The notes below the pieces were generated by a model. That model made no database searches, was not told the DNA's origin, and saw only the letters and a list, made by a program, of their open reading frames with translations. A DNA stretch of 27,961 nt from a virus (lineage: Duplodnaviria > Caudoviricetes), in the IMG/VR virus record IMGVR_UViG_3300017913_002108, positions 1 to 27,961 of that record. One strand, written 5' to 3'. The position numbers and the translations under genes are program-made. Position 1 is the first letter of the stretch. Each line of letters opens with the position of its first letter. Shown here piece after piece: positions 18,401-26,666 of the stretch.

Positions 18401-18531
18401 ACGCAGATAGAGCTACACAACTCGCAATCGCAAAAATCGCATCTGATGACGCCAAGACAGCAGCCTCTGCGCAAAAGTCTTCGAGTCTATGGGGTGCTAT
18501 TGGTAGCTTTGCTGCTGCTATTTTACGATAA
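15448..18531 (+). CDS. Internal virion / DNA ejection (pilot-tube-like) protein, 1027 aa
   Basis: A/Q/N-rich. P/A/E-rich low-complexity N-half, AARGLGGSSMAAAA motif, strictly periodic helical C-half and hydrophobic C-terminus LWGAIGSFAAAILR. Located after the tail genes, as in podoviruses. Confidence 0.75.
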   Translation: MAKRFAGFTPEQLGKIVPEMAGMQSDEQQKYLAATPSAAARVGMMTEKAQQRVAMAQGGYAKKQGYAEGGLPLNDDVYGGPYQPPTDLDQAQLDYANKLKAVDAAKAAQAANPSDPALVTAVQNAEQALGPAQEKLLSAQEQFKLVNMPTTAEAISSRLTDPMSAVQQQQTQKIGVNANQLMDTATGQVGTAPAATTTQAAAPVGVDTPIAGAPPQVQATMAQPSVEAALEDAAPAVGDVSREVTPQEGVVSEGALAGEQQVAEDRIERVVAGQRQVAPEELTAGQTLEGEMPAAEAASYQGEVPAAEAAKFSGQTPQAQPQDYYNLSPTQIASMSATNVQDAAKLVEYPDTQAATTMYQSMVEGAQGSVGAEELVNAKSITETVKAVTAIAATMDTLNEDAKAKAAQGAFNQTMLAQAAQGSVPAQATVQGQMESLMNQFNDGTPTWAAGALRAANSAMAARGLGGSSMAAAAIVQATMESALPIAQQDAATFQQMNMANLDNRQQVSLANAAAQQGMAMQNLSNRQAVALQNSTNAFALQQQSLSNQQAVVLANAQFKAGLQEQVLGIDTQVALTNAAKYAEKNNINLNNSQQAVLQRSSENLSVEMANLSNAQQTALSALQVKAALVGQELSNEQQMAVLQSTQDFEAAQFDASAKQQAFIQDAVAQAALEGRALDARQQTQLFNISSILEERQIELTNEQQARIFNTTNKVTVDIEELSNRQQTALANVQIEATLRGQELSNKQQSAVLNAEKFAEANNLTFNTDAQFQIANSQMMQTIGLAEMDANSAVALQNAATIASMDTTNLNNRQMAQVENAKNFLQMDMSNLTNDQQTNMFKMQSVVNTILSDQAAENAAKQFNASSQMQVDQFFSNLSSTINMFNSEQTNKTEMFNAGEANVLEKFNTEIINMRDQFNATNSLVVEQANTQWYQSVATTDTAAINEANRADAAAANELSNLAFNALMQETRDLMSFAWQTANNDADRATQLAIAKIASDDAKTAASAQKSSSLWGAIGSFAAAILR
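16948..18267 (+). repeat. Twenty in-register 66-bp (22-aa, 2 x 11) repeat units
   Basis: NLDNRQQVSLANAAAQQGMAMQ / NLSNRQAVALQNSTNAFALQQQ / SLSNQQAVVLANAQFKAGLQEQ ... NATNSLVVEQANTQWYQSVATT align without gaps (1320 nt = 20 x 66). Confidence 0.85.
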
Positions 18532-18544
18532 TAAAGGTATTGAT

Positions 18545-19633
18545 ATGGCTGATACATATTCTTTTGATTTAACACCCTATATGAGAGAGCAAGAAGATAA
18601 GCCTCAAGGTTTATTTGATAAGACTTCTACGCAAAAGATAGAAGAGGGTAAAAGCTTTTATCAAGAAATGGCAGATATGTTGAAAGCATATTGGCTAGAC
18701 GAAGAAGAGGCATACAAACCCAAAGCTGCTTCTGTTAGCGATGATATAGAGTTAAGCATTTATGATGAATACTCAAAAGTAAGTCCTGAATACGCAAGAG
18801 ATATCATAGAAGGGCTAGACGATGCCGCATCCTACAGAGAGCAGTGGGGTATTGAGACATCTTTACGTGATGTACCTGTAATGCTAGAAGAGCAAGGTGA
18901 CTTTGTTGCAGAAGAGGAAACACCTGTCACAACAGAAGAGTTACCCGCTATTGATCCTGAAACAGGTCAAACAATTAAATCGGCAGCAGATGTTGCAGCA
19001 GAACCTGTAGTAGAAGAGCCTGCTCAAGATACAGGGCTTATGAGTCGTCCCCGTCATAGACAGGTGGAATTAGATGATATGCCTACTAATATTAACACTA
19101 CTTTCCTGGGTCAACAAGAAGGTAAAGCTATCAAGACAGCATACGTACCAAAAAATAAAAAGGGTGAAGTGCTAGATAAATCTGGAGTTACTGTTGGTAC
19201 AGGTGTTGATCTAGGCTCTAAAGATAGAAACTACTTCCGCTACTTAGGGGATGATGCACTAGTAGATAAACTAGAACCTTATTTTGGAAAGAAAAGAGCT
19301 TCTGCTGTAGCTGCCCTAAAAGAAAAACCCTTGACTCTTACAGCCGATGAAGTCAAGAAACTAGATACGTATGTTAAAAAGATAGAATTTAGAACCCTTA
19401 AAAACAGATGGAATAAAGACTCTGCTGTGAAGTGGGAGGATTTATCTGAAGGCAAGGCGACAGCAGTAGCATCTGTATACTACCAGTACGGACAGAAAAT
19501 GTTTGGACATAATTTCTGGAGACAGACAACAGGCGGTGAATGGCAAGACGCCTATAGCAATCTTATGAATTATGGCGATAAATACCCTTCTCGTAGGAAA
19601 AGAGAAGCTGCTGTTCTAAAGAAAGACTTGTAA
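18545..19633 (+). CDS. Pesticin C-terminal-like muramidase (lysozyme fold) with long acidic N-terminal region (362 aa)
   Basis: Start reassigned to ATG 18545 (AAGGT SD, 13 nt after the upstream stop). Domain from about 19088: FLGQQEG...AYVP...SGVTVGTGVDLG...TAVASVYYQYG...YGDKYPSRRKREA. Confidence 0.85.
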   Translation: MADTYSFDLTPYMREQEDKPQGLFDKTSTQKIEEGKSFYQEMADMLKAYWLDEEEAYKPKAASVSDDIELSIYDEYSKVSPEYARDIIEGLDDAASYREQWGIETSLRDVPVMLEEQGDFVAEEETPVTTEELPAIDPETGQTIKSAADVAAEPVVEEPAQDTGLMSRPRHRQVELDDMPTNINTTFLGQQEGKAIKTAYVPKNKKGEVLDKSGVTVGTGVDLGSKDRNYFRYLGDDALVDKLEPYFGKKRASAVAALKEKPLTLTADEVKKLDTYVKKIEFRTLKNRWNKDSAVKWEDLSEGKATAVASVYYQYGQKMFGHNFWRQTTGGEWQDAYSNLMNYGDKYPSRRKREAAVLKKDL

Positions 19634-19634
19634 T

Positions 19635-20081
19635 ATGTTAGGCTTACCACTAGAACTGATCACAATGCTAGGCTCTACCGTGTTAGGTGGGGTAATGTCT
19701 ATATGGGGTCAGAGTATTAAAGCACGTCAAGAAGAGCAAAAGATGCTTATGGAACGTGCTAACTTCAACGCCAAACAAGTAGCTATGGCACGTGATGCAG
19801 GCAAGAAGGATAAACATTTTGCTTGGACACGAAGACTTATTGCATTATCATCTGTATTTGCTATAATCGTTTTACCAAAACTAGTCGCTGTGTTCTACCC
19901 TGAAGTAGGTGTTATCGTAGGTTATACAGAGATTCAGACTGGGTTCTTAGACTTTATCTTTGGGCCAGGTGACGAAGTAGTTAAATGGAAATACGCACAA
20001 GGTTTTGTTATAACCCCGTTAGACACTCATATTGTATCAGCTATCGTAGGACTATACTTCGGTGCTGGCTTTGCTAAGTAA
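19635..20081 (+). CDS. Membrane protein, putative 3TM-type holin
   Basis: Hydrophobic N-terminal segment, WTRRLIALSSVFAIIVLP helix and C-terminal IVSAIVGLYFG. Directly after the muramidase. Confidence 0.6.
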   Translation: MLGLPLELITMLGSTVLGGVMSIWGQSIKARQEEQKMLMERANFNAKQVAMARDAGKKDKHFAWTRRLIALSSVFAIIVLPKLVAVFYPEVGVIVGYTEIQTGFLDFIFGPGDEVVKWKYAQGFVITPLDTHIVSAIVGLYFGAGFAK

Positions 20082-20090
20082 GGTATAAAA

Positions 20091-20630
20091 ATGATAGACT
20101 TTTTCTCACGTCCTATTCCTGGTCAGTCTCTTACAGACTCGCCTAAAAACTCACCTTGGGAACGTCCACCAGAGCTTGTGGAAACAGGCGAGGTTGTTAA
20201 ACACTACATCTCAAAACTAGCCAAAGAAGACGTTATGGATGACTTGGCTGCTATCTTTGATATGGGTGCAGACCTAGAAAGCGTAGTAGAGACTATGATG
20301 CTTACAGGCTCTATGAAAGGCGTCCATACAGTAGAGGCAGGGATGCTTGCTGGTCCTGTTGTAGGAACCTTTATTAAGTCTGCTATGTACAGTTACGGCA
20401 TCGAAGTTAAAGAAACTATGGTAGACCCAAGTGAAGCTAAGAAGAAAAAAGCTGAAACTCGTCTTAAGAATATCTTAAAAGACTACCTTAAATCTAACCC
20501 TACACAAGACGAGGGTGCAGAGCTTGTAGAGCAAATGGCTGAGAGCGAAGCGGAACCAGAAGAGATGCAACAGGAAGAGCCTATGGTTGAAGAGCAACCA
20601 ACTGGCCTTATGGCTAAAGGAGATATGTAA
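20091..20630 (+). CDS. Conserved phage protein, probably internal virion protein (179 aa)
   Basis: AAGGT SD. PIPGQSLT..PKNSPWERPPE N-terminus and an acidic C-terminal tail. Confidence 0.65.
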   Translation: MIDFFSRPIPGQSLTDSPKNSPWERPPELVETGEVVKHYISKLAKEDVMDDLAAIFDMGADLESVVETMMLTGSMKGVHTVEAGMLAGPVVGTFIKSAMYSYGIEVKETMVDPSEAKKKKAETRLKNILKDYLKSNPTQDEGAELVEQMAESEAEPEEMQQEEPMVEEQPTGLMAKGDM

Positions 20631-22102
20631 TGGCTGATTGGAGTGCATTTGCAGAGGCTTTCCTAAGAGACACTGCCTCATACATTAATGAGCGTAAGAG
20701 TAAAGCAGAAGACTACAGAGAACAGCTTAAAGAGCAAGCAGAGCGTAACAAGCTTAAGCTGTCTAAGCTTCGTAGTGCTGCTAAAACACAGCAAGGCTTT
20801 ATAGGTCAAGCAAAAGGCTTACATGCTACAGATGAAATGATTGAAGCTGCACTTGATGCAGGACCACAAGGTGTTCAGCGTCTTGTAGCAGAACTATCCG
20901 ATCTAAAAACGCGCTGGGGTACAGAGTACACACCTGACTTGGTTGGCGATTACGTTAAGTTACCAGAGGCATTTAAAGCTACAGGCAATCTAAACCCTGA
21001 AGATCGTTACGGTATTGCTAAAACACGCTTTACTGCAGGCGATGTTAAAGCACCTGAATCTAGCTTCTTTGCTAAAGCATTTGGATACGATGCTAAAGAG
21101 CGTGCTCGTGCTGAACTAGACAAAGAGATGGTAGGTGATACTGGATTAAGTGTGTTTGACATGGCTGAGATCAGTAGCATTGACGGTTACGAAAGCTTAA
21201 ACCCTACCTCTTTCTTGACATACGTAGCACCTAAGCGGTTCAATCCTGCAAGCTTTGATAAGGCTCGTTCTGATATTGTTGACGTAGTACGTGAAGCACG
21301 TTTGTTGCCTGAGTATGATGTTATTAAAACTAAGATGGCAGACATTGATGCAGTAGACCCTAAAGACCGTAAGCGCATTCAGGAAGAGCTACAAGCCCAA
21401 CTAGACGAAGTTATTCAGCGTCAGATACAGCTACACGTGAATGGTCAGATTTCCCTATACGGAGAGAGCTATCTTAAGAATATGGCACCTGTTCTAGAGA
21501 CATTTGGTTATAAGCCTACAGTAGAAGCAGAACCACGTGATGAGGTTTCAACCCTTGTGTCTGATGTAAATGCAGCGCTGGGTTTAGACTCTACTATTGA
21601 AGTGTCAGAACTTCCAGAGATATTCACAAAAGAAGCTATGGGTACTCTGACTATTGATGACGAAGAGTTTGAGACAGTAAAAACACCTGATGGTAATGTC
21701 GTGCTACGTGATGGTGATGGTGGTGTGCTCTCTGTTACAGAAACCAAACAAGTTGTAGAAGCTGCACTTGATATAACATACGATCAGTTTATTGAACAAG
21801 CTAAAACTACTAACACAATTACAGCAGAGACACCCGAAGAGCCTGTACAAGAAGAGGTTGTCAGAGAAGAGGTAGCAGGTCAGAGCAACAACTTCTTAAA
21901 GCAGTATGGTGAAGACTTACTAAACCACTTATCAGATGCAGGTGTTTTGAGAGGCGACTCTGATGAAGACATTCGCCAAGAAATTGCAGCATGGTTTAGT
22001 GATAATGCTACCGATCTTAAGCTTGTATCTCTTGCTGACTCTGTAAGTATGGAAAACATAATCAAAGCAATGCGTGTAAATTTACCAGAGGATGATCAGT
22101 AA
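20630..22102 (+). CDS. Putative internal virion protein (490 aa)
   Basis: TAATG-coupled on both sides with GGAG SD. Helical N-terminus, acidic C-half, located before the largest core gene. Confidence 0.6.
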   Translation: MADWSAFAEAFLRDTASYINERKSKAEDYREQLKEQAERNKLKLSKLRSAAKTQQGFIGQAKGLHATDEMIEAALDAGPQGVQRLVAELSDLKTRWGTEYTPDLVGDYVKLPEAFKATGNLNPEDRYGIAKTRFTAGDVKAPESSFFAKAFGYDAKERARAELDKEMVGDTGLSVFDMAEISSIDGYESLNPTSFLTYVAPKRFNPASFDKARSDIVDVVREARLLPEYDVIKTKMADIDAVDPKDRKRIQEELQAQLDEVIQRQIQLHVNGQISLYGESYLKNMAPVLETFGYKPTVEAEPRDEVSTLVSDVNAALGLDSTIEVSELPEIFTKEAMGTLTIDDEEFETVKTPDGNVVLRDGDGGVLSVTETKQVVEAALDITYDQFIEQAKTTNTITAETPEEPVQEEVVREEVAGQSNNFLKQYGEDLLNHLSDAGVLRGDSDEDIRQEIAAWFSDNATDLKLVSLADSVSMENIIKAMRVNLPEDDQ

Positions 22103-25100
22103 TGGGTGTTGACAATTTACGTAACAAATACCTGCAGCCTGATGAACAGCTTACGGGTATTGAAAAGCTGCGCAAAAAGTATACAGGTACGGCATCTCCA
22201 TCTGGATACTCTGCTGATGCTATTGAAACACCCAGAGATGATAAGCTAAAAAAAGATGATCTACTTCAGCCTCAAAACATTCGTGTAATTAAAAACTACA
22301 TGGCCCAGCGCTACGGCAAGGACGCTGTACGTGATGTGTCTGAGGCAGACCTAGTAGAGAACTTTGTGGACTCTATGCGCTGGTTCAACACAAACATTGC
22401 AAGTACTGCTGGCGAAGCACGCTACATTATGAACGGTGATGATCGAAAACGCCAGAGTGCAAAAGAAGCGTATGAGTTATATGATCGCTTAGGTAGTGTA
22501 TTTGTTAATGATGGTGTTATGGGTGCTGTAGACGGTGTTAAAGACTACATCTTTGCTGCTGCAGCTGATCCTTCTAACTACATTGGCTTGCTTACTGGCG
22601 GTATCGCTAAAGCGAGTGCAGTAGGGGCTACGACAGCAGGTAAAGCTGCTATTCGAGAGCTTGCTAAATCTGCTGGTGAAGAGGCTCTTAAGAAAGGCTT
22701 GAACACTAAAGCGCGTGATGCTGCAGTCAAGAAAGCGCAGGACGAATTATCTAAACAGATCGTAAAGCGTGGCATTCGAGAGAAAAGCGGTAAAGAGCTT
22801 CTAAAGAAAGCTGCAAAGAAAGAAAAAGAATTGTATGACTTTGCTATCAAGCGCAAGGCTGAAGAAGCATTCATGCAAGACTTAGGTAAGAAAGCAACTA
22901 AACGTGGTTTGATTGCTACAACAGCAACAGATGCAACTGCTGCTATGCTACACGATGTGATGATCCAGAGTACGCTTATGGATGTAGGCGCACAAGAGAA
23001 ATACAGTGCAACACAAACAGCCTTCTCTTCACTGCTAGGCGGTGTTGCTGGCGGTATTCATCTTGCAGGTACTACACTTAAAGGTACATCTAAGTTGGAA
23101 GGTGTTGCTGCAGACATTGATATCGGCAAGCAACGCCAAAAGATGAAAACAGAGTTAGACTTAGCGCTAAGTAAGAAAGAGGCATCAGATGCTGTAGATG
23201 CAGTATTCAAAGGTGTTAGAAGCTGGGAGCAAAAAGTAAAATCTGGTAAAGAGCTATTTGAAGATCAGCCTACATCTGTTGAGCTTATCAAAGACATCAT
23301 GTTTGGTGCAGACGGTAAGGGTGGCCTTGTTAAGATATACAAAGATAAGAATATCAAGCTGCCGAAAGACATGAAGGTAACAGACCTTATGACTAACCTT
23401 ATGCGTTACATGTCTGACGATCAAATTAAAAACATCAACAGTAAGATTTCCTCATTAGGCATTCGTATTGGTGAAACCACACAGATCACTACTACACTAG
23501 AAGACCTAGTTGCTGACACTGTTAGCAGAGGTGCACAGTCTATGAATGTTATGTCGCAGGTACGCCGCACTATTGATGCAGGTATTGTACATGGCGAGAA
23601 CATTATTAAAAACCAAGCAGACGATATGCTAGAAGACCCTGCAACAAAAGCTAAGTATGGCGAGTATATGCAGAGTTTATGGCGCCGTATGCTAGTCTCT
23701 ACACCCGCTACTTCTGCAATCAACTTGTTAGGCTTTGCTCAGTACTATGGCGGTACAGCTATTGCAGATGTTCTATCTATGACAGGCTTGTACACTACAG
23801 CAATGCTAAAAGGTGGCACTGCAACAAAAGCAGGACGTGAAAGCATGCGTTTTGCAGGTGTCTACAAAGATATGACAACTCAGAAGCTGCGTTACTTAGC
23901 AGACCCGTTTACCACAAAAGATGCATATATGAAGATTCTAGATGAATACGATGATGTACGTAGAATCTTGTATGATAGCTTGACAGGCGGTGTTGATATT
24001 AACGCATCACGTTATGGCATCAACCGTAAAAGCGGTATCATTAAAGGGCTAGAAGCTACAGCGAATGGTGCAAGCATTGCTGCAGGCGTACGTGCACAGG
24101 ACACGATTACCAAGTCTCTTATGTTTATGACTGAGCTAGACAAGCAGGTACGTCTAAAACATGAAATGCCACTAGATGATCTGCTACGTAATGGACGTGT
24201 AGATATGCTGGATGAAGAGATTGTCGGTAAGGCAATGGATCAAACGCTCAAGTCTGTTTTCTCTAAGGACTACACAAAGGGTGATGGAAGCGAGTTCCTG
24301 AAAGGTGCTGCAGACTTAGTTGAGACTATCTCTCGTAAACCTGGATTCGGTACAATCGTACCTTTTGGACGGTTTATGAATAACGTAGTTGCATCTACAT
24401 ACCAGTGGACTGTTGCAGGATATTTGCCCTACGCACGTTCTATTATGAAGCAGAATACGGACTTAGGACATGTAGAGGCTTTATCTCGTAGTGTTGTAGG
24501 TACTAGTTTCTTAGGTATGGCTATCATGTATGACGAAGAGCGTCAGAAAGATAACTTAGGTACCTTTGATATTAAAGTAGGAAACCGTATCGTAGATGCC
24601 CAAAACACTTTCCCTATGTCCTTGTTCTTGGCTTCAGGAAGAATGCTTAATGACGCTAGAAAAGGTAGAGGTGTAACAGGTGAACAATGGATGGCTACAC
24701 TAGAACAGTTAGCTGTCGGGCAACTCGCATCGGATATCCAGTTTAAGAATGATATACGTGCTATTGGTGAAGCATTGTTTAGCCAAGAGGGTGGTCAACG
24801 TGATGCAGTCCTTAACGGCTTAGCTATGCAGACAGGTAACTTCTTAGCAGGTTACACACGCCCACTAGATGCAGCTAATAAGGTTGTTGGTATGGTTGCT
24901 AACAATGACGCTGTACGTGATAAGCGTCAGTCTACAGGGTTTGAGGCTGTAGGTGTGACATCTACAAAGTATGTCGATAATCTGTTAGAAGCACTACTAG
25001 GCGAGATGGACGGTGTTACAGGTGAAACCTTGCGTGTTGCTACACGAGAGGGTGACCTACGTGACCCTAACCCCTTCCTGTCTGCGCTGGGAGTAAAGAT

Positions 25101-25548
25101 ACGTGAGGGGCGCACACCTGCAGAGGAGCTTCTGGATAGACTAGATGAACCTCGCTATATGGCAAACTCTCGTACAGAGATAGCTGCGTATGACAGAGCT
25201 TTTAACGAGACTATCGCACCCTACTTGAACCAAAGAGCAGAGGCACTGCTCAGCAATGAAGAGTACAACAAACGCTCTAAGCAAGACAAACGCCGTATCT
25301 GGAAAATGGAGTTTAACGATATCAAAAAAGATATTCGTAAATACTTAGAGAATGCAGACACTGAATCACACATAGAAGCAATACGCCGTAAAGCATCTGC
25401 TGTAGATAAGAATGTGAAAAAAGGTGCGCTAAAACTTATGAGAGAGGAAGGCTTTGACGGTACTGTCAGGGAAATGACATACCCAGAGTTACGTATGTTC
25501 TTCGACTACGTTGACTACTACAAAGCAACAACAAACTGGACTAAGTAA
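22102..25548 (+). CDS. Large internal virion / ejection protein (T7 gp16 positional analogue, 1148 aa)
   Basis: Largest and last gene of the structural arm. A/K/G-rich and helical, with G/A-rich hydrophobic segments (IGLLTGGIAKASAVGA; LLGGVAGGIHLAG). GAGG SD. Confidence 0.7.
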   Translation: MGVDNLRNKYLQPDEQLTGIEKLRKKYTGTASPSGYSADAIETPRDDKLKKDDLLQPQNIRVIKNYMAQRYGKDAVRDVSEADLVENFVDSMRWFNTNIASTAGEARYIMNGDDRKRQSAKEAYELYDRLGSVFVNDGVMGAVDGVKDYIFAAAADPSNYIGLLTGGIAKASAVGATTAGKAAIRELAKSAGEEALKKGLNTKARDAAVKKAQDELSKQIVKRGIREKSGKELLKKAAKKEKELYDFAIKRKAEEAFMQDLGKKATKRGLIATTATDATAAMLHDVMIQSTLMDVGAQEKYSATQTAFSSLLGGVAGGIHLAGTTLKGTSKLEGVAADIDIGKQRQKMKTELDLALSKKEASDAVDAVFKGVRSWEQKVKSGKELFEDQPTSVELIKDIMFGADGKGGLVKIYKDKNIKLPKDMKVTDLMTNLMRYMSDDQIKNINSKISSLGIRIGETTQITTTLEDLVADTVSRGAQSMNVMSQVRRTIDAGIVHGENIIKNQADDMLEDPATKAKYGEYMQSLWRRMLVSTPATSAINLLGFAQYYGGTAIADVLSMTGLYTTAMLKGGTATKAGRESMRFAGVYKDMTTQKLRYLADPFTTKDAYMKILDEYDDVRRILYDSLTGGVDINASRYGINRKSGIIKGLEATANGASIAAGVRAQDTITKSLMFMTELDKQVRLKHEMPLDDLLRNGRVDMLDEEIVGKAMDQTLKSVFSKDYTKGDGSEFLKGAADLVETISRKPGFGTIVPFGRFMNNVVASTYQWTVAGYLPYARSIMKQNTDLGHVEALSRSVVGTSFLGMAIMYDEERQKDNLGTFDIKVGNRIVDAQNTFPMSLFLASGRMLNDARKGRGVTGEQWMATLEQLAVGQLASDIQFKNDIRAIGEALFSQEGGQRDAVLNGLAMQTGNFLAGYTRPLDAANKVVGMVANNDAVRDKRQSTGFEAVGVTSTKYVDNLLEALLGEMDGVTGETLRVATREGDLRDPNPFLSALGVKIREGRTPAEELLDRLDEPRYMANSRTEIAAYDRAFNETIAPYLNQRAEALLSNEEYNKRSKQDKRRIWKMEFNDIKKDIRKYLENADTESHIEAIRRKASAVDKNVKKGALKLMREEGFDGTVREMTYPELRMFFDYVDYYKATTNWTK

Positions 25549-25583
25549 AGAGAGAGGGGGCCGAATGGCCCCCTTACTTTATT
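25543..25583. terminator. Bidirectional rho-independent terminator between the converging arms
   Basis: 8-bp stem AGGGGGCC (25555-25562), loop GAAT, GGCCCCCT (25567-25574). Followed by TACTTTATT on + and CTCTCTTTACTT on -. Sits in the 25-nt gap between two facing stop codons. Confidence 0.8.
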
Positions 25584-25777
25584 CCGTGCATATCTGCTGC
25601 TTCTGCTGCCCATAATGTACTACTCTGTAGTTGTGTCCTTGCCTGTTCTAGTTCATGACTATGATATAAGTTGTCGTCATAAAACTTTTCTAGGTAGGCT
25701 GCATATTCTTTGAGTGCTTCTAAGAATTGCTGCTTTTTATTGTACATATGAGCTTTGGCTTCTTGCTCTAACTTCAT
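25574..25777 (-). CDS. Small helical protein, Acb2/Tad1-like hairpin motif (67 aa)
   Basis: ATGA-coupled to the upstream gene. SHELEQARTQLQSSTLWA aligns gap-free to the SRExxLAxTKLEEAxMWA pattern. The gene is likely real; the family call is tentative. Confidence 0.55.
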   Translation of the reverse strand: MKLEQEAKAHMYNKKQQFLEALKEYAAYLEKFYDDNLYHSHELEQARTQLQSSTLWAAEAADMHGIK

Positions 25778-25956
25778 GTCATATCTTGTACGATCTTTAT
25801 GATAGCTTGCGTCAATGCATTATGGTCACCCACAATCCGCTTAGCATTAGCCCAATCACCGTTAATGTCTTCTCCGCTGTAAGAGATAACAAAACCGTTA
25901 TCCGCAATCTCAACATTAAAATCGGTTACACCTTTTACTACTTCTTTTTTAGCCAT
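25774..25956 (-). CDS. Hypothetical protein (60 aa)
   Basis: Start reassigned to ATG at 25956, which overlaps the phoH stop (TAATG) and has a GAAGG SD. Contains VEIADNGFVISYSG. Confidence 0.7.
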   Translation of the reverse strand: MAKKEVVKGVTDFNVEIADNGFVISYSGEDINGDWANAKRIVGDHNALTQAIIKIVQDMT

Positions 25957-26666
25957 TACAGACCTTCTTTCATAAACACTTTTACCCAATCAGAACAGAT
26001 GCCGCTTCGCACAATGTCATCTACCCCAAACTCAACAACAGGAACATCCAGCATATGTTTCTTAGATAAGTGAATGACTTTTGATAAGCCATCCGATTCT
26101 TTCAAATCACTCTGCTGAACATCACCATTGAGAACAATTTTACTATTTTCACCTACACGAGTCAATAGCATTTTTAGCTCGTGTACTGTTATGTTCTGAG
26201 TTTCGTCAACGATTATAAAGGCACTCTCAAAGCTACGCCCTCGCATCAATGCAAGAGGTGCCATTTCGATGTTACCATTCTTTATACCAGTATCTACAGC
26301 ACCTTTTCCTAAATGCTTTGTAAGAACATCTAAAACAGGCAAAGCCCAAGGGTACGTCTTTTCTTCTAGTGAACCTGGAAGGTACCCTATATCTTTTCCT
26401 ACAGCTACATGTGGGCGTGTTATAACGATCTTATCTATCTCTTTAAGAGTATATAAGTCTGAAGCAAATGTAGCTGTAACATACGTCTTACCTGTACCTG
26501 CTGGACCCAGTACAAATATTTGATCGTGAGTCTTTAAGTAATCCCACATAGCACGTTGATTGTTTGTGCGTGGTGTAAAACCCGATGTGTTCTTCTTAGC
26601 TGCACCTTTATAGTTTGTCTTACGTCGAGTGCGTGTCTGTTTAGTAGGGAAATCAGTCAAGCTCAT
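25956..26666 (-). CDS. phoH: PhoH-family ATPase
   Basis: Walker A GPAGTGKT, ITRP, IGYLPG, MRGRSF, IIVDETQN, LLTRVGENSK, GDVQQSD and DIVRS motifs. Confidence 0.97.
   Translation of the reverse strand: MSLTDFPTKQTRTRRKTNYKGAAKKNTSGFTPRTNNQRAMWDYLKTHDQIFVLGPAGTGKTYVTATFASDLYTLKEIDKIVITRPHVAVGKDIGYLPGSLEEKTYPWALPVLDVLTKHLGKGAVDTGIKNGNIEMAPLALMRGRSFESAFIIVDETQNITVHELKMLLTRVGENSKIVLNGDVQQSDLKESDGLSKVIHLSKKHMLDVPVVEFGVDDIVRSGICSDWVKVFMKEGL

Noticed and set aside
18398-18544. 49-aa extension with a hydrophobic stretch (VYGVLLVALLLLFY) that could look like a signal-anchor on the muramidase
   Set aside because: It overlaps the ejection gene by 134 nt, lacks an SD and is the alternate-frame read of that gene's end. 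ATG 18545 has AAGGT. A SAR-type start is not formally excluded but is unsupported.
16213-25115. Minus-strand ORFs of 62-108 aa within or across the internal virion genes
   Set aside because: They lie opposite long, well-supported plus-strand genes and have no motifs or SD sequences.
25714-26523. Plus-strand ORFs of 119 and 84 aa
   Set aside because: Antisense to phoH and its coupled downstream genes, and located beyond the terminator.
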